From positions 164,240 to 228,239 of the forward strand of contig CAYSCM010000001.1 of assembly GCA_964429815.1 (NCBI GenBank): DNA of 64,000 nt, given 5' to 3'. Position 1 is the stretch's first letter; the number at the start of each line of letters is the position of its first letter. The notes under the pieces were generated by a model, which saw only the letters and a list, made by a program, of their open reading frames with translations, was not told where the DNA came from and made no database searches. Shown piece by piece: positions 37,499 through 46,204 of the stretch. The stretch comes from an uncultured Candidatus Saccharibacteria bacterium. Lineage in GTDB: Bacteria; Patescibacteriota; Minisyncoccia; Phycocordibacterales; CAYSCM01. Made by a program: the position numbers and the translations under genes.

Positions 37499-39943
37499 TT
37501 ATGGAATCCTACCGAGAGTGTGGAAGAGACGTCCCCCTTGGCTATTTCCAAAGTTTGCTAGCGCAAGTATGGCAGGATCGGTCGCACCCGCGTTTCGGCG
37601 ATTAATTACTTCTTGCATAATGGCATTACCAGCACCCACATCAGCGCCTGCTTTCATCATTTCTCGAAGCGCTTCTTGTTTTAGGTGAGGAACAAGCTCG
37701 GGAAGGAGGGTGGCTCTCGTACTTGAATCGTCATAGAGACCCAGCGCCATTTTGGCCATTGCCTTGGGATCAACCCGCAACTTCTTAATATCCGTACCAA
37801 AGGTTCCAATCGCTCCATGGCCCAGAGACTCTTTAAGGAAATCCCCTCGCTGTTTACCAAGTGCCGCTTTAATACTGGCGGCGATCTTGTCGCTTTTCAT
37901 AACCTCGTCGTATTTATCCTGGGACAGTGTCCTCGCCAAGGTGTCGATTTGTCCAGCGAGGGCCTTTTCAGTAATTATGAGCTCGAGCTCTTTATTGTTT
38001 ACCTTGTCGAATTTCTTTATTAACTCCTCGTCTTCCGCTGAAAGATGGCCAGGAATTGCGGCCGCTGCCGCACGTGCAGCATTTTCCAGAAGTTCTTTGT
38101 GACGAGCGGTGGTTACTTTATCGCGCATTTCGTCGGTGTACTTATCATTTTTCACATCAGATATGGATAGATACTGTGAAGAGGTAAGATTCTTCGCTAC
38201 CCAGTCTTTTGTCAAAGTCTTCACCCCCAAAGAGGCCAGCTGCGTATCACTCATCGCACCAAGAGCTCGAAGACCTTTTGCTTCAGCTTCTTGTTTTTGT
38301 GCGTCTGTGTATTTTGTTGGATTCTCACTGATCTCAATCGCGCGCTCAATGTCGTCGCGGAAGTCTGCCTCCCTGCGTACCGCAGCACGCCCGAGCTTTT
38401 CCTTCTTAACCTCTTCCTTGATCGCGACTCCTGATTTAGTCGTTCCAAACTTAGCACCTGCAATTAGGCCGGTGGTGTACTTGCGGGCAAGGGAACCCAA
38501 CTGGGTCCCACCAATAAGGCGTGACTGAGCGAGCCTTTGATCAAGGTTCGCAATGGGCCTGCCAATTGCATTGCGGGCCAGGAAGCCACCGCCGTATTTG
38601 CCGATAGATTTTACAGTAAAGTTGATTGCATTCAGGCCTTCATTGCCAATTTTTTTTGCAACCGATAGGGTTAGAAGTGATAATCCAATAACAACTGCAA
38701 AGTTTATTAGCAATTGGATTGATCCGGGGGCAGTAGCCGCCGAGCTTCCGTCCGCTAGGTCCGCAAACGTTCCATTACCAATAGCGGTTTGAAATGCTGG
38801 ATTTTTCATTACACCCAACACGAACCACAATAATCCAAAGTAGGCCGGTAGCATTATCGCATTTGACCAAAGCGCCCCCCACCACTGGTTCCATAGTCCA
38901 CCGAAGAAGGGTAAAAAACGAGCAAGCACAGCTAACGGAGAGGTGACCATTAGCACAAGGAATACAATAATTCGCCCAATTATATGTAAAGCAGCGATGA
39001 GGAATGAATAGGCAAGGATTATAAAGAGAATGCAGCCAAGCATACTCAAAAGAAAACTATTGCCATTACTGAGCAGGGCGGCCGCCCTACTGCCGGTGAA
39101 GTTTTTCAAATCATATAAAGACCCCATCCGTAAAACTTGCATAAACTGTCCCGATAGCCCGACATCCGAGTTTAGAAATTGATCAGTCTGCCCCTTCGCA
39201 AGTAACTGAGTGTAGAACTGTGTTGAAATATAATTACTTGCATCGATTACGACCCTTGTTAGAGCGAAGCTAAAATTTATCAGTAACGCCGCTATTACCA
39301 CGTTCGCCAAAAGTTTTTTTGCCCCGTATTGTTGTACCCGCAATATGGTGGAAATGCCGATAATCAAAAGGCTGAAAATAAGAACAATATTCGCCACATC
39401 ACGAATGGTCATCCAAAATCCGTCGAGAGTACCGAAGGTCTTTATTGTTGTTCCAAAGTCAAGAACACCCCACACCACCACCTTGTTCAAGAAGAACCCG
39501 GCAACTCCCAGAATCCAAGCAAACAAGGTTAGGAATGCGTACCCAATACATCCGATGGAAATATCAGGAATAAAGCCGACGTACGGGTCACAGTTGGGTG
39601 GCTTACTTCGTATATCGTCACCCTTTTTCTTTGAGGCATCGGCTGCTTGTGTATCGGTACTTTCCCTTACGTCTGCATCACTCACAGCGTCACCCTTTAC
39701 GGTAATTAAGGAACCATCGGCCGCACGATAAAAATACGGATCAGTTATGTTTTTCCCTGGGCCAAGCAATGTATAGGTCTTTCCATTCCAAGTGCAAGCT
39801 GGGGGGTAGTTGTTTGCGCCAGTGGCTGTGCAAAGAGGGTCCGCGGCGAGAGCAACTTCTGTATGTAGTGAAAAGCCATACCCAACCACAAAAGACTTTA
39901 AGATGAAAATTGTGAGTAGTAATGTTGAAACAGCTTTTCTCAT
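37499..39943 (-). CDS. VirB6/TrbL-like polytopic membrane protein with a long C-terminal extension
   Basis: At least eight TM helices in the first 450 aa, then a charged coiled-coil-like tail. 814 aa. Confidence 0.55.
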   Translation of the reverse strand: MRKAVSTLLLTIFILKSFVVGYGFSLHTEVALAADPLCTATGANNYPPACTWNGKTYTLLGPGKNITDPYFYRAADGSLITVKGDAVSDADVRESTDTQAADASKKKGDDIRSKPPNCDPYVGFIPDISIGCIGYAFLTLFAWILGVAGFFLNKVVVWGVLDFGTTIKTFGTLDGFWMTIRDVANIVLIFSLLIIGISTILRVQQYGAKKLLANVVIAALLINFSFALTRVVIDASNYISTQFYTQLLAKGQTDQFLNSDVGLSGQFMQVLRMGSLYDLKNFTGSRAAALLSNGNSFLLSMLGCILFIILAYSFLIAALHIIGRIIVFLVLMVTSPLAVLARFLPFFGGLWNQWWGALWSNAIMLPAYFGLLWFVLGVMKNPAFQTAIGNGTFADLADGSSAATAPGSIQLLINFAVVIGLSLLTLSVAKKIGNEGLNAINFTVKSIGKYGGGFLARNAIGRPIANLDQRLAQSRLIGGTQLGSLARKYTTGLIAGAKFGTTKSGVAIKEEVKKEKLGRAAVRREADFRDDIERAIEISENPTKYTDAQKQEAEAKGLRALGAMSDTQLASLGVKTLTKDWVAKNLTSSQYLSISDVKNDKYTDEMRDKVTTARHKELLENAARAAAAAIPGHLSAEDEELIKKFDKVNNKELELIITEKALAGQIDTLARTLSQDKYDEVMKSDKIAASIKAALGKQRGDFLKESLGHGAIGTFGTDIKKLRVDPKAMAKMALGLYDDSSTRATLLPELVPHLKQEALREMMKAGADVGAGNAIMQEVINRRNAGATDPAILALANFGNSQGGRLFHTLGRIP

Positions 39944-41601
39944 ATCGTTTGTTGTTGCGGGAAGGCGTAGCAGGCATCGAGCCTCTGCAAGGCGTCCTGA
40001 ATGAGCGGATTTATTTCGGCGAGCATGTCGGACTGCTCTTGCTGCGCTGTTGCGATATCGGCATCGGAGGGGAGCGCGCCGGAGGATGTGAGTGCAGTGA
40101 ACTGGGCCGAAGCGGCATCGAGCTCGTCGGGAGAAGTTGCATTCTGTATCTGGGATTCAAGTTGATACGCCTGGTTGATAGCACCCTGTGTTTTGGCGAT
40201 TTGAGCCGAGAGAGCCACCTTCTTGGTCGTGACGAGGCTCGCCTGCGTCGTCGAGGCGGCGAGAATGCTTCGCTGCGCCGTCGCTAGGTCGGTGGAGCTG
40301 AGGGAAGAGCTGGCAATTTTGTTCCGGTAACAGTCAATGAGGCTCCCGAAATCGCTGTCGGCGATGAGCACTTGGTTTAGCGTCGCCTGCTTGACGCTTA
40401 TGTACTGCTGGGCTTTAGCGATCGAGACATCGACGAGCGAGAGACCCGCACTTTGACGCCCCGAAATTTCTGCTGATTGCGCGTTGGCGACGTAGACGTC
40501 AAGTGCGGTACCGCCGCCAAACTGGCCGTTTTGCGTCGAGAGACCCTTGACGCCGCCGAGCGCGAGAAGGCCTTGCTTGATGAGCTGTCCGACGAGCGCG
40601 GAGATGATGGAGTTTATGTCATTGGCGAGCTCGAGCTGGTCTATATCGGTGCCTAGGACTTTTGAGAGCTGATCTTGTATCGCCGCTCCCGGGGTGACGA
40701 TGGTGCAATTTGCTTTCGGGTCCGTTTTATAAGGATCTTGTCCAGGATAGTAGGTCGTGAAGGTGCCGCCGGTGCCGCTTGTTCCGTCGCTGTAGGTGGT
40801 TATAGGTGATTGGCTGCTGCACTGTTTGAACGAGAAGAAGCCGCGGCCGAACTCAAGAAGCTTCGTGTTGGTGTACTGCGCGCTCGCGATACGCACGGAG
40901 AGCTCGCTCTGTGCCATGAGGTAGGAGCCATAGGGATTGTTTTGCGGATTGGTTGTCATCGCAAACCACGCGGGCCAACCGCCGGCAGCAAAATTCGTGA
41001 ACGCACTGTTGACGTTTCCGACGACGCTTGAGAGTGTGCAGCGCGCTTTGTTTTGGTACGGTTGGAAATTAAGCGCGAGCGCGACGCGCACCTGGAGCTG
41101 AAAGGGGGAACACAGGAATGAGAGTTCGGAGCCGTAAATAAATTCTCCTATCACCTGGTCGGCGACGTTGGTGAGGAATCCTTGAAGGTCGGTGACGAAG
41201 GCGGGATTCCCCTGAAAGCCGTTGTTTATCCAATTGACGATGCTTCTGGTGAGCTGCGCAAGGAGCGTCTTGGCGATGAGGATGATGATGGGCTTAATAA
41301 CACAGTCATGAATGGTCGCGCTTTCGGTCGCGCCCTGGATGCCACCGCTCGCGATATGGAGATACTTGTCTACGGCTGGGACATCAGCAGCTTGAAGTCC
41401 TATAGAACTGACCCCCGTTGCCTTGCCCTGAATAAGGGAGCTTAGGCAGAAAGCCGTATCGGGGCCGGCGGGAGTCTGAGCACTCGCCCTCTGGGGGAAG
41501 AAAGAAATAGCGGCAGCCCATGGCGCCAGAAGCACGACGAGGAGGAGCCCGGCGATTTGCCTTTGCATTGAGCCACGGATTGTAGAAATAAGCCCCCTCA
41601 T
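39940..41601 (-). CDS. hypothetical secreted protein (553 aa)
   Basis: Signal peptide LLLVVLLAPWAAA. 4-nt overlaps with both neighbours. Confidence 0.5.
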   Translation of the reverse strand: MRGLISTIRGSMQRQIAGLLLVVLLAPWAAAISFFPQRASAQTPAGPDTAFCLSSLIQGKATGVSSIGLQAADVPAVDKYLHIASGGIQGATESATIHDCVIKPIIILIAKTLLAQLTRSIVNWINNGFQGNPAFVTDLQGFLTNVADQVIGEFIYGSELSFLCSPFQLQVRVALALNFQPYQNKARCTLSSVVGNVNSAFTNFAAGGWPAWFAMTTNPQNNPYGSYLMAQSELSVRIASAQYTNTKLLEFGRGFFSFKQCSSQSPITTYSDGTSGTGGTFTTYYPGQDPYKTDPKANCTIVTPGAAIQDQLSKVLGTDIDQLELANDINSIISALVGQLIKQGLLALGGVKGLSTQNGQFGGGTALDVYVANAQSAEISGRQSAGLSLVDVSIAKAQQYISVKQATLNQVLIADSDFGSLIDCYRNKIASSSLSSTDLATAQRSILAASTTQASLVTTKKVALSAQIAKTQGAINQAYQLESQIQNATSPDELDAASAQFTALTSSGALPSDADIATAQQEQSDMLAEINPLIQDALQRLDACYAFPQQQTI

Positions 41602-42566
41602 GAAGAAAGCGTAAGCTTGAGGTTATTCACGAGCATAAAGCTTCCTAGGGTGCGGAAGGACTGGTTGAGCGCGGCTTCTCGCGCCTCATAGCCGCTCATG
41701 GCGACGAAGGCGACGAGAGGGTCGGTCGCGATGGTCTCGAGGTCGGCGAGCGTTGCCTTCATGCCCGAGAGAGCGTTGAGGAGTCCCACATGTGCCGAAA
41801 GTGCGTCGCGCGGAACGTTCATCGACACGAGCGCGCGGATACTTTCCCCATAGAGCGCGACGTCGTGCTTGTAGGTCATCATCCCGTTTGGATCTTGACC
41901 GCTGATGGCATTCTGGAGCGTGAGAAGCTCGTACTCTTTGATGGAAAGGACCGGTGCGAGCGCGGCGCTGAGGGCACGGTTGTATGCGGCAAGCGTCGAC
42001 GATGAGGTGCCGGTGACGGAAACGTCGCCGGCTGCGTACACCGTTGGTTTGGTCGCGACGTTGCCGCTTGCGGCTACGGCATTGACGACCGCCTGCTCAT
42101 CCTCGGGGGTGAGCGTCTGGCCGCCCTGCTTTTTGCTCAAATAATTTTTGAACAGATTGATGGCAAGCGCGTCGGTGTTGCTGAGGCCATTGCCGGGGGC
42201 GGTACGAGCGGTAAGGTCGAGCGTCGATCCTGGAGACGTGACAGACGGACTTTTTCCCTCCCCCGGTGTGAGAGGGTCGCGGCCCTGCGCGACTTCCTGT
42301 CCGTCGGAGACCCCGTCGCCGTCGGTGTCGGGATTGTGCGGATCGGTGCCGCGGAGTTGTTCTTCCCAGTCGGGAAGGCCGTCCCCGTCACTGTCCTTAC
42401 TTGCCGACGCTATAAGAGCGCTACTTATAGCATCTTCCGAGCTCGCAAGTGAGGGGGAGGATGGGGTTTTTGGTTGTAGGAGCGTGAAAAAGGCGACTAA
42501 GGCGACGAAAAGAGCCACCACAATGAAAACAAGTACCAGCCCTCTGCTTGGTAGCCACTTGTACAC
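41598..42566 (-). CDS. membrane-anchored protein with thrombospondin-type-3-like calcium-binding Asp repeats (first gene of the operon)
   Basis: N-terminal TM segment. DSDGDGLPDWEE...DPHNPDTDGDGVSDGQE repeats. Confidence 0.5.
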   Translation of the reverse strand: MYKWLPSRGLVLVFIVVALFVALVAFFTLLQPKTPSSPSLASSEDAISSALIASASKDSDGDGLPDWEEQLRGTDPHNPDTDGDGVSDGQEVAQGRDPLTPGEGKSPSVTSPGSTLDLTARTAPGNGLSNTDALAINLFKNYLSKKQGGQTLTPEDEQAVVNAVAASGNVATKPTVYAAGDVSVTGTSSSTLAAYNRALSAALAPVLSIKEYELLTLQNAISGQDPNGMMTYKHDVALYGESIRALVSMNVPRDALSAHVGLLNALSGMKATLADLETIATDPLVAFVAMSGYEAREAALNQSFRTLGSFMLVNNLKLTLSS

Positions 42567-42611
42567 ACCTTAAGTATAAGCGCCGACCCTGTAATCCCTC
42601 GCTATTTTGCT

Positions 42612-43142
42612 GTGAATACCGGCGCACGTTCCACAGGAATGAGCTATAGTTGGCTTATCATGCGGAAAATCTCCCGTCTTGGAATCGTGACGCTCCTCCT
42701 CGGGGCATTTTTGCTTACGTTTTCGCCACTTTCCGGCGTTTTTGCTAAAACAGGCATGAGTACAAACAAGGCATCGACGTTCGGCTTTATAGGGCTTGGA
42801 GCGTTAGGGCTTGGCATAGGAGCGTCTTTGTTTGGGAGCGGAGCGGGAACGGTAGCGAACGCACCAGCCGCCATCACCGCCTTCGGTGGGCTTATAACTA
42901 AAATAGTCCCTTGCACGAACGGCGGCTTCTGGATGCTTGTTGCCCAACCTCCCCCGAAACAACCGACCATCCAAGCTCTGATCTGGACCCCCGCTACGCG
43001 GACTTATTTGTGGGGCCCTCCCCGCAAGGTGGGGCAATGGGTACTCGGCCGCTACGATATCCCCTACGCGTGCACCCAAGGACCACACATCCCAGCGCTC
43101 TATGGCTTTCGCATGACTATGGTCGGAACAAGCGCTATCTAA
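42612..43142 (+). CDS. hypothetical Gly-rich secreted/membrane protein, divergent from the T4SS-like operon
   Basis: Signal/TM LGIVTLLLGAFLLTF. GLGALGLGIGASLFGSGAG tract. Confidence 0.45.
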   Translation: MNTGARSTGMSYSWLIMRKISRLGIVTLLLGAFLLTFSPLSGVFAKTGMSTNKASTFGFIGLGALGLGIGASLFGSGAGTVANAPAAITAFGGLITKIVPCTNGGFWMLVAQPPPKQPTIQALIWTPATRTYLWGPPRKVGQWVLGRYDIPYACTQGPHIPALYGFRMTMVGTSAI

Positions 43143-43153
43143 CTGGCAATTAT

Positions 43154-43933
43154 TTAAAGCGCTTTCGCCAACGCAAGCCACGTTTCAAGTCCCACATCCT
43201 CGGCACGGGCTTTTTCGGAAAGTCTGAGGCGCGCGAAAAGCTCGAGGAGCTTTTCGCGCGGAGCAAACTTTTTCAGATTTCCAACGAGCTGTTTTCGTTT
43301 GCTCGAGAATCCCGCGCGAAGCAGTTTAAAAAATAATGCTTCGTCAGCGTCGGCGAAGTTCTTTCGTGAGATATCCTCGATATTCAAAACCGCGGAGTCG
43401 ACCTTCGGAGTTGGCGCAAATGCGCCACGGGGAATTTTCGCTACGTAGCGGGGCCTTCCAAAAACTTTTACCGAAATGGAGAGAATACTTTCTTTTGTAT
43501 CTTTGGCGATTCGCTTTGCCACATCGTCTTGCACGAGTAGCGTCATGCGCTCGGGAAATATTGCGCTCGAAAGAAATGAGCGCAGAATTTCTCCCGTAAT
43601 GTAGTAGGGAATGTTAGCGACCACTTTATATGCACCTGGCTTAAGGCCAAGCTTTGAAAGAGGAACATCGCGGATATCGGCGTTAATGAGCGTGAGTTTG
43701 TTACGCTCGATTTCCGTTTTAAATTTTTCTGAAAGAAGCGGAATGAGGTCGCGATCTTTTTCGATCGCGATGATATGGTGGGCCCGCAACAGTAGCTCTT
43801 GCGTAAGCACTCCCTGCCCGGGCCCGATCTCCAGAACGTTTTCTTCGGGGGTAATGTCGGCGGCGTCGACAATGCGCTTAAGCGCCGCTTGAGAGCGCAA
43901 AAAGTTTTGTCCTAAGGCCTTTTTTGCCTGCAT
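43154..43933 (-). CDS. rsmA: 16S rRNA (adenine1518/1519-N6)-dimethyltransferase
   Basis: LGQNFL, VLEIGPGQGVLT and NIPY motifs. Confidence 0.9.
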   Translation of the reverse strand: MQAKKALGQNFLRSQAALKRIVDAADITPEENVLEIGPGQGVLTQELLLRAHHIIAIEKDRDLIPLLSEKFKTEIERNKLTLINADIRDVPLSKLGLKPGAYKVVANIPYYITGEILRSFLSSAIFPERMTLLVQDDVAKRIAKDTKESILSISVKVFGRPRYVAKIPRGAFAPTPKVDSAVLNIEDISRKNFADADEALFFKLLRAGFSSKRKQLVGNLKKFAPREKLLELFARLRLSEKARAEDVGLETWLALAKAL

Positions 43934-43934
43934 G

Positions 43935-45869
43935 TCAGTCTAAATAGATCACCTTTCTCGGCATCTGCGGGTCGACCGTCTCGAGAAGATCCTCCGGTAC
44001 GTCGGTGATGAACTCGGAGGGAACATTGACCTGACGTGCGCCGAACAGGGTGCGTACAGATGCATACGAGAGGTAGAGTTTTTTGCGCGCGCGGGTGAGA
44101 GCCACGTAAAAGAGACGCCGCTCTTCCTCGTCGTCGCGTCTTTCATCGCCGAGCCCTTCGTGCGGGAAAAGCCCGTCTTCAAGGCCGGCAATGAACACGT
44201 AGTCGAACTCGAGGCCTTTGGCGGCGTGCACGGTCATAAGCCTGATGGCCGATTTCTTTTCATCGAGCTCATCCTGCTCGCTTTGGAGCGCCGCATCGGA
44301 GAGCATCGTCTCGATGCCGGAGGGTATCGGCAGATGGTCATAGCGGCTCGCGAGCGTCGCAAGCTCGCGAATGTTCTCGAGTCGCTCGAGGTCTTCTTCC
44401 GTTCCTTTTTTCAAAAAATCCTCGATACCGGATGACTGCAGCGCTATTTTTACTACCTCGCTCGGAGATTTTGTTGCCACGGCCGCTTTTATTTTATCCA
44501 ACGTGCTCGTGACAGCGGCGATTTTGGCGCGCATGTTTGCCGGTAACGTCTCTCTCTTACCTTCCAATAGTTTCAGGAGCGTCACCTTGCCGATACCGCG
44601 TGGCGGAAAACTGTACGCGCGCTTTACGTCCGAGATACTCTCACTGCCGAGCGCGAGCCGCAGATACGAGAGCACGTCCTTCACCTCCTTGCGCTCGAAG
44701 AAACGCACCCCGAGCACCTGGTAGGGAAGGTTTTCAGCCAGCATTGCCTCCTCTATAGCGCGCGACTGGAAGTTCGCGCGGTAGAGAACCGCGATTTCTT
44801 CCGGAGGGACGTACTGCAGAAGCTCTTTGGCGGTCGTCGCGATAAAGCGCGCTTCATCTATCTCGTCATAGGCGCCATAGAGCGCCACCTTGTCCCCTTC
44901 AGGGTTGTCGGTGAAGAGGTTTTTTTCCTTTCGGCGAACGTTCTTTTTGATGATGTCGTTGGCGGCAGCAAGAATAGTCTTCGTCGAGCGATAGTTTTGT
45001 TCAAGCACTACGGTGCACACTCCAGAGTAATCCTTTTCAAAATTGAAAATGTGCTCGAGGTCCGCGCCGCGCCAGCTGTAGATGTTCTGGTCGATGTCGC
45101 CGACGACGCAAATATTCTTGTGTTTTCCGGCAAGGAGCTTTATGAGCTCGTACTGTACGCCGTTGGTGTCTTGGTATTCGTCGACATGGATGTACTTCCA
45201 GAGTCCCTGGTAGTAGTCGCGGATGGCGGAGTTTTCGCGCAGCAGGGTGAGGGTGCGCAGGAGAAGATCGTCGAAGTCGAGAGCCTTCTCTTCTCGCAGG
45301 GAGCGCTCGTACCGCTCCCACACCGCAAGAACGAGCCGTTTGAAAAAGTCGTTCCCCGGATTCTCTCTAAACTGTGCGAGCGCAACCCCCTTCCCTTTCT
45401 CCCGCGAGATGGCCGAGAGAATACGGCGTGGCTCGAACTCCTTCGGATCGAACCCGGCTTCCGAGAGGGCTTCTTTCACCGCGCGAGTTGAGTCGGTGCG
45501 GTCGTAGATAGTGAAATTGCGGGGTATATTGAGGGCGCGGGAATTTTCTTTAAGGATGTGGACGCCAAGGCTATGAAAGGTTGAAACAAAGGGGGCGCCC
45601 TCCGCGCGCATCAACGTGGAGCTTCGAAGGAGCGCGCGGACGCGCTCGCGCATCTCCTTGGCGGCTTTGTTGGTAAAGGTGACGGCGAGAATTTCATGGG
45701 GGGCGACGCCCGACTGAATGAGAACTCCGATACGATGTGTTATGACGCGGGTTTTGCCGGCCCCCGCTCCTGCGAGAATGAGGAGTGGGCCCTCGGTCTG
45801 AAGAACGGCCTTTTTTTGGACGGGATTGAGACCCTCGGTGAGCGAAGAAAAATCGCTTTTCATCGGCAA
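43935..45869 (-). CDS. ATP-dependent DNA helicase PcrA/UvrD
   Basis: Motif I AGAGAGKT, motif II DEYQDTN, and motifs III-VI. 644 aa. Confidence 0.9.
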   Translation of the reverse strand: MPMKSDFSSLTEGLNPVQKKAVLQTEGPLLILAGAGAGKTRVITHRIGVLIQSGVAPHEILAVTFTNKAAKEMRERVRALLRSSTLMRAEGAPFVSTFHSLGVHILKENSRALNIPRNFTIYDRTDSTRAVKEALSEAGFDPKEFEPRRILSAISREKGKGVALAQFRENPGNDFFKRLVLAVWERYERSLREEKALDFDDLLLRTLTLLRENSAIRDYYQGLWKYIHVDEYQDTNGVQYELIKLLAGKHKNICVVGDIDQNIYSWRGADLEHIFNFEKDYSGVCTVVLEQNYRSTKTILAAANDIIKKNVRRKEKNLFTDNPEGDKVALYGAYDEIDEARFIATTAKELLQYVPPEEIAVLYRANFQSRAIEEAMLAENLPYQVLGVRFFERKEVKDVLSYLRLALGSESISDVKRAYSFPPRGIGKVTLLKLLEGKRETLPANMRAKIAAVTSTLDKIKAAVATKSPSEVVKIALQSSGIEDFLKKGTEEDLERLENIRELATLASRYDHLPIPSGIETMLSDAALQSEQDELDEKKSAIRLMTVHAAKGLEFDYVFIAGLEDGLFPHEGLGDERRDDEEERRLFYVALTRARKKLYLSYASVRTLFGARQVNVPSEFITDVPEDLLETVDPQMPRKVIYLD

Positions 45870-45908
45870 ACTATACCTCGCGCGACGCTCTTAAGAAAAT
45901 GAGCAGCG

Positions 45909-46202
45909 CTATCCTTGAAGTTTTCTTGCGGCCACGAGAATTTTCGCGGCTTCTTCACTGACGATGTGTTCGAAGTTTTTAAGGTGGGAGCACAAAAATT
46001 CATACACTTCCTCGGTCGAGGCGTTAGCGTCGATGAGGGAAGAAAGCTTAGAAACGTCCTTTTCTGAAAGTTCGCCAACGGAGCGCACCGAAACGGCCGC
46101 GAACACGGCCGTTGCTACGTCAGCGGATACTTCGGCCGCTCCCTCTGTAGTCAGTGTGTCGAGGGCGAGGAGTTCTGCGAGTGATTTTTGTTCGGAGTCC
46201 AT
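45909..46202 (-). CDS. hypothetical small acidic protein
   Basis: 97 aa, adjacent upstream of pcrA. Confidence 0.4.
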   Translation of the reverse strand: MDSEQKSLAELLALDTLTTEGAAEVSADVATAVFAAVSVRSVGELSEKDVSKLSSLIDANASTEEVYEFLCSHLKNFEHIVSEEAAKILVAARKLQG

Positions 46203-46204
46203 GA

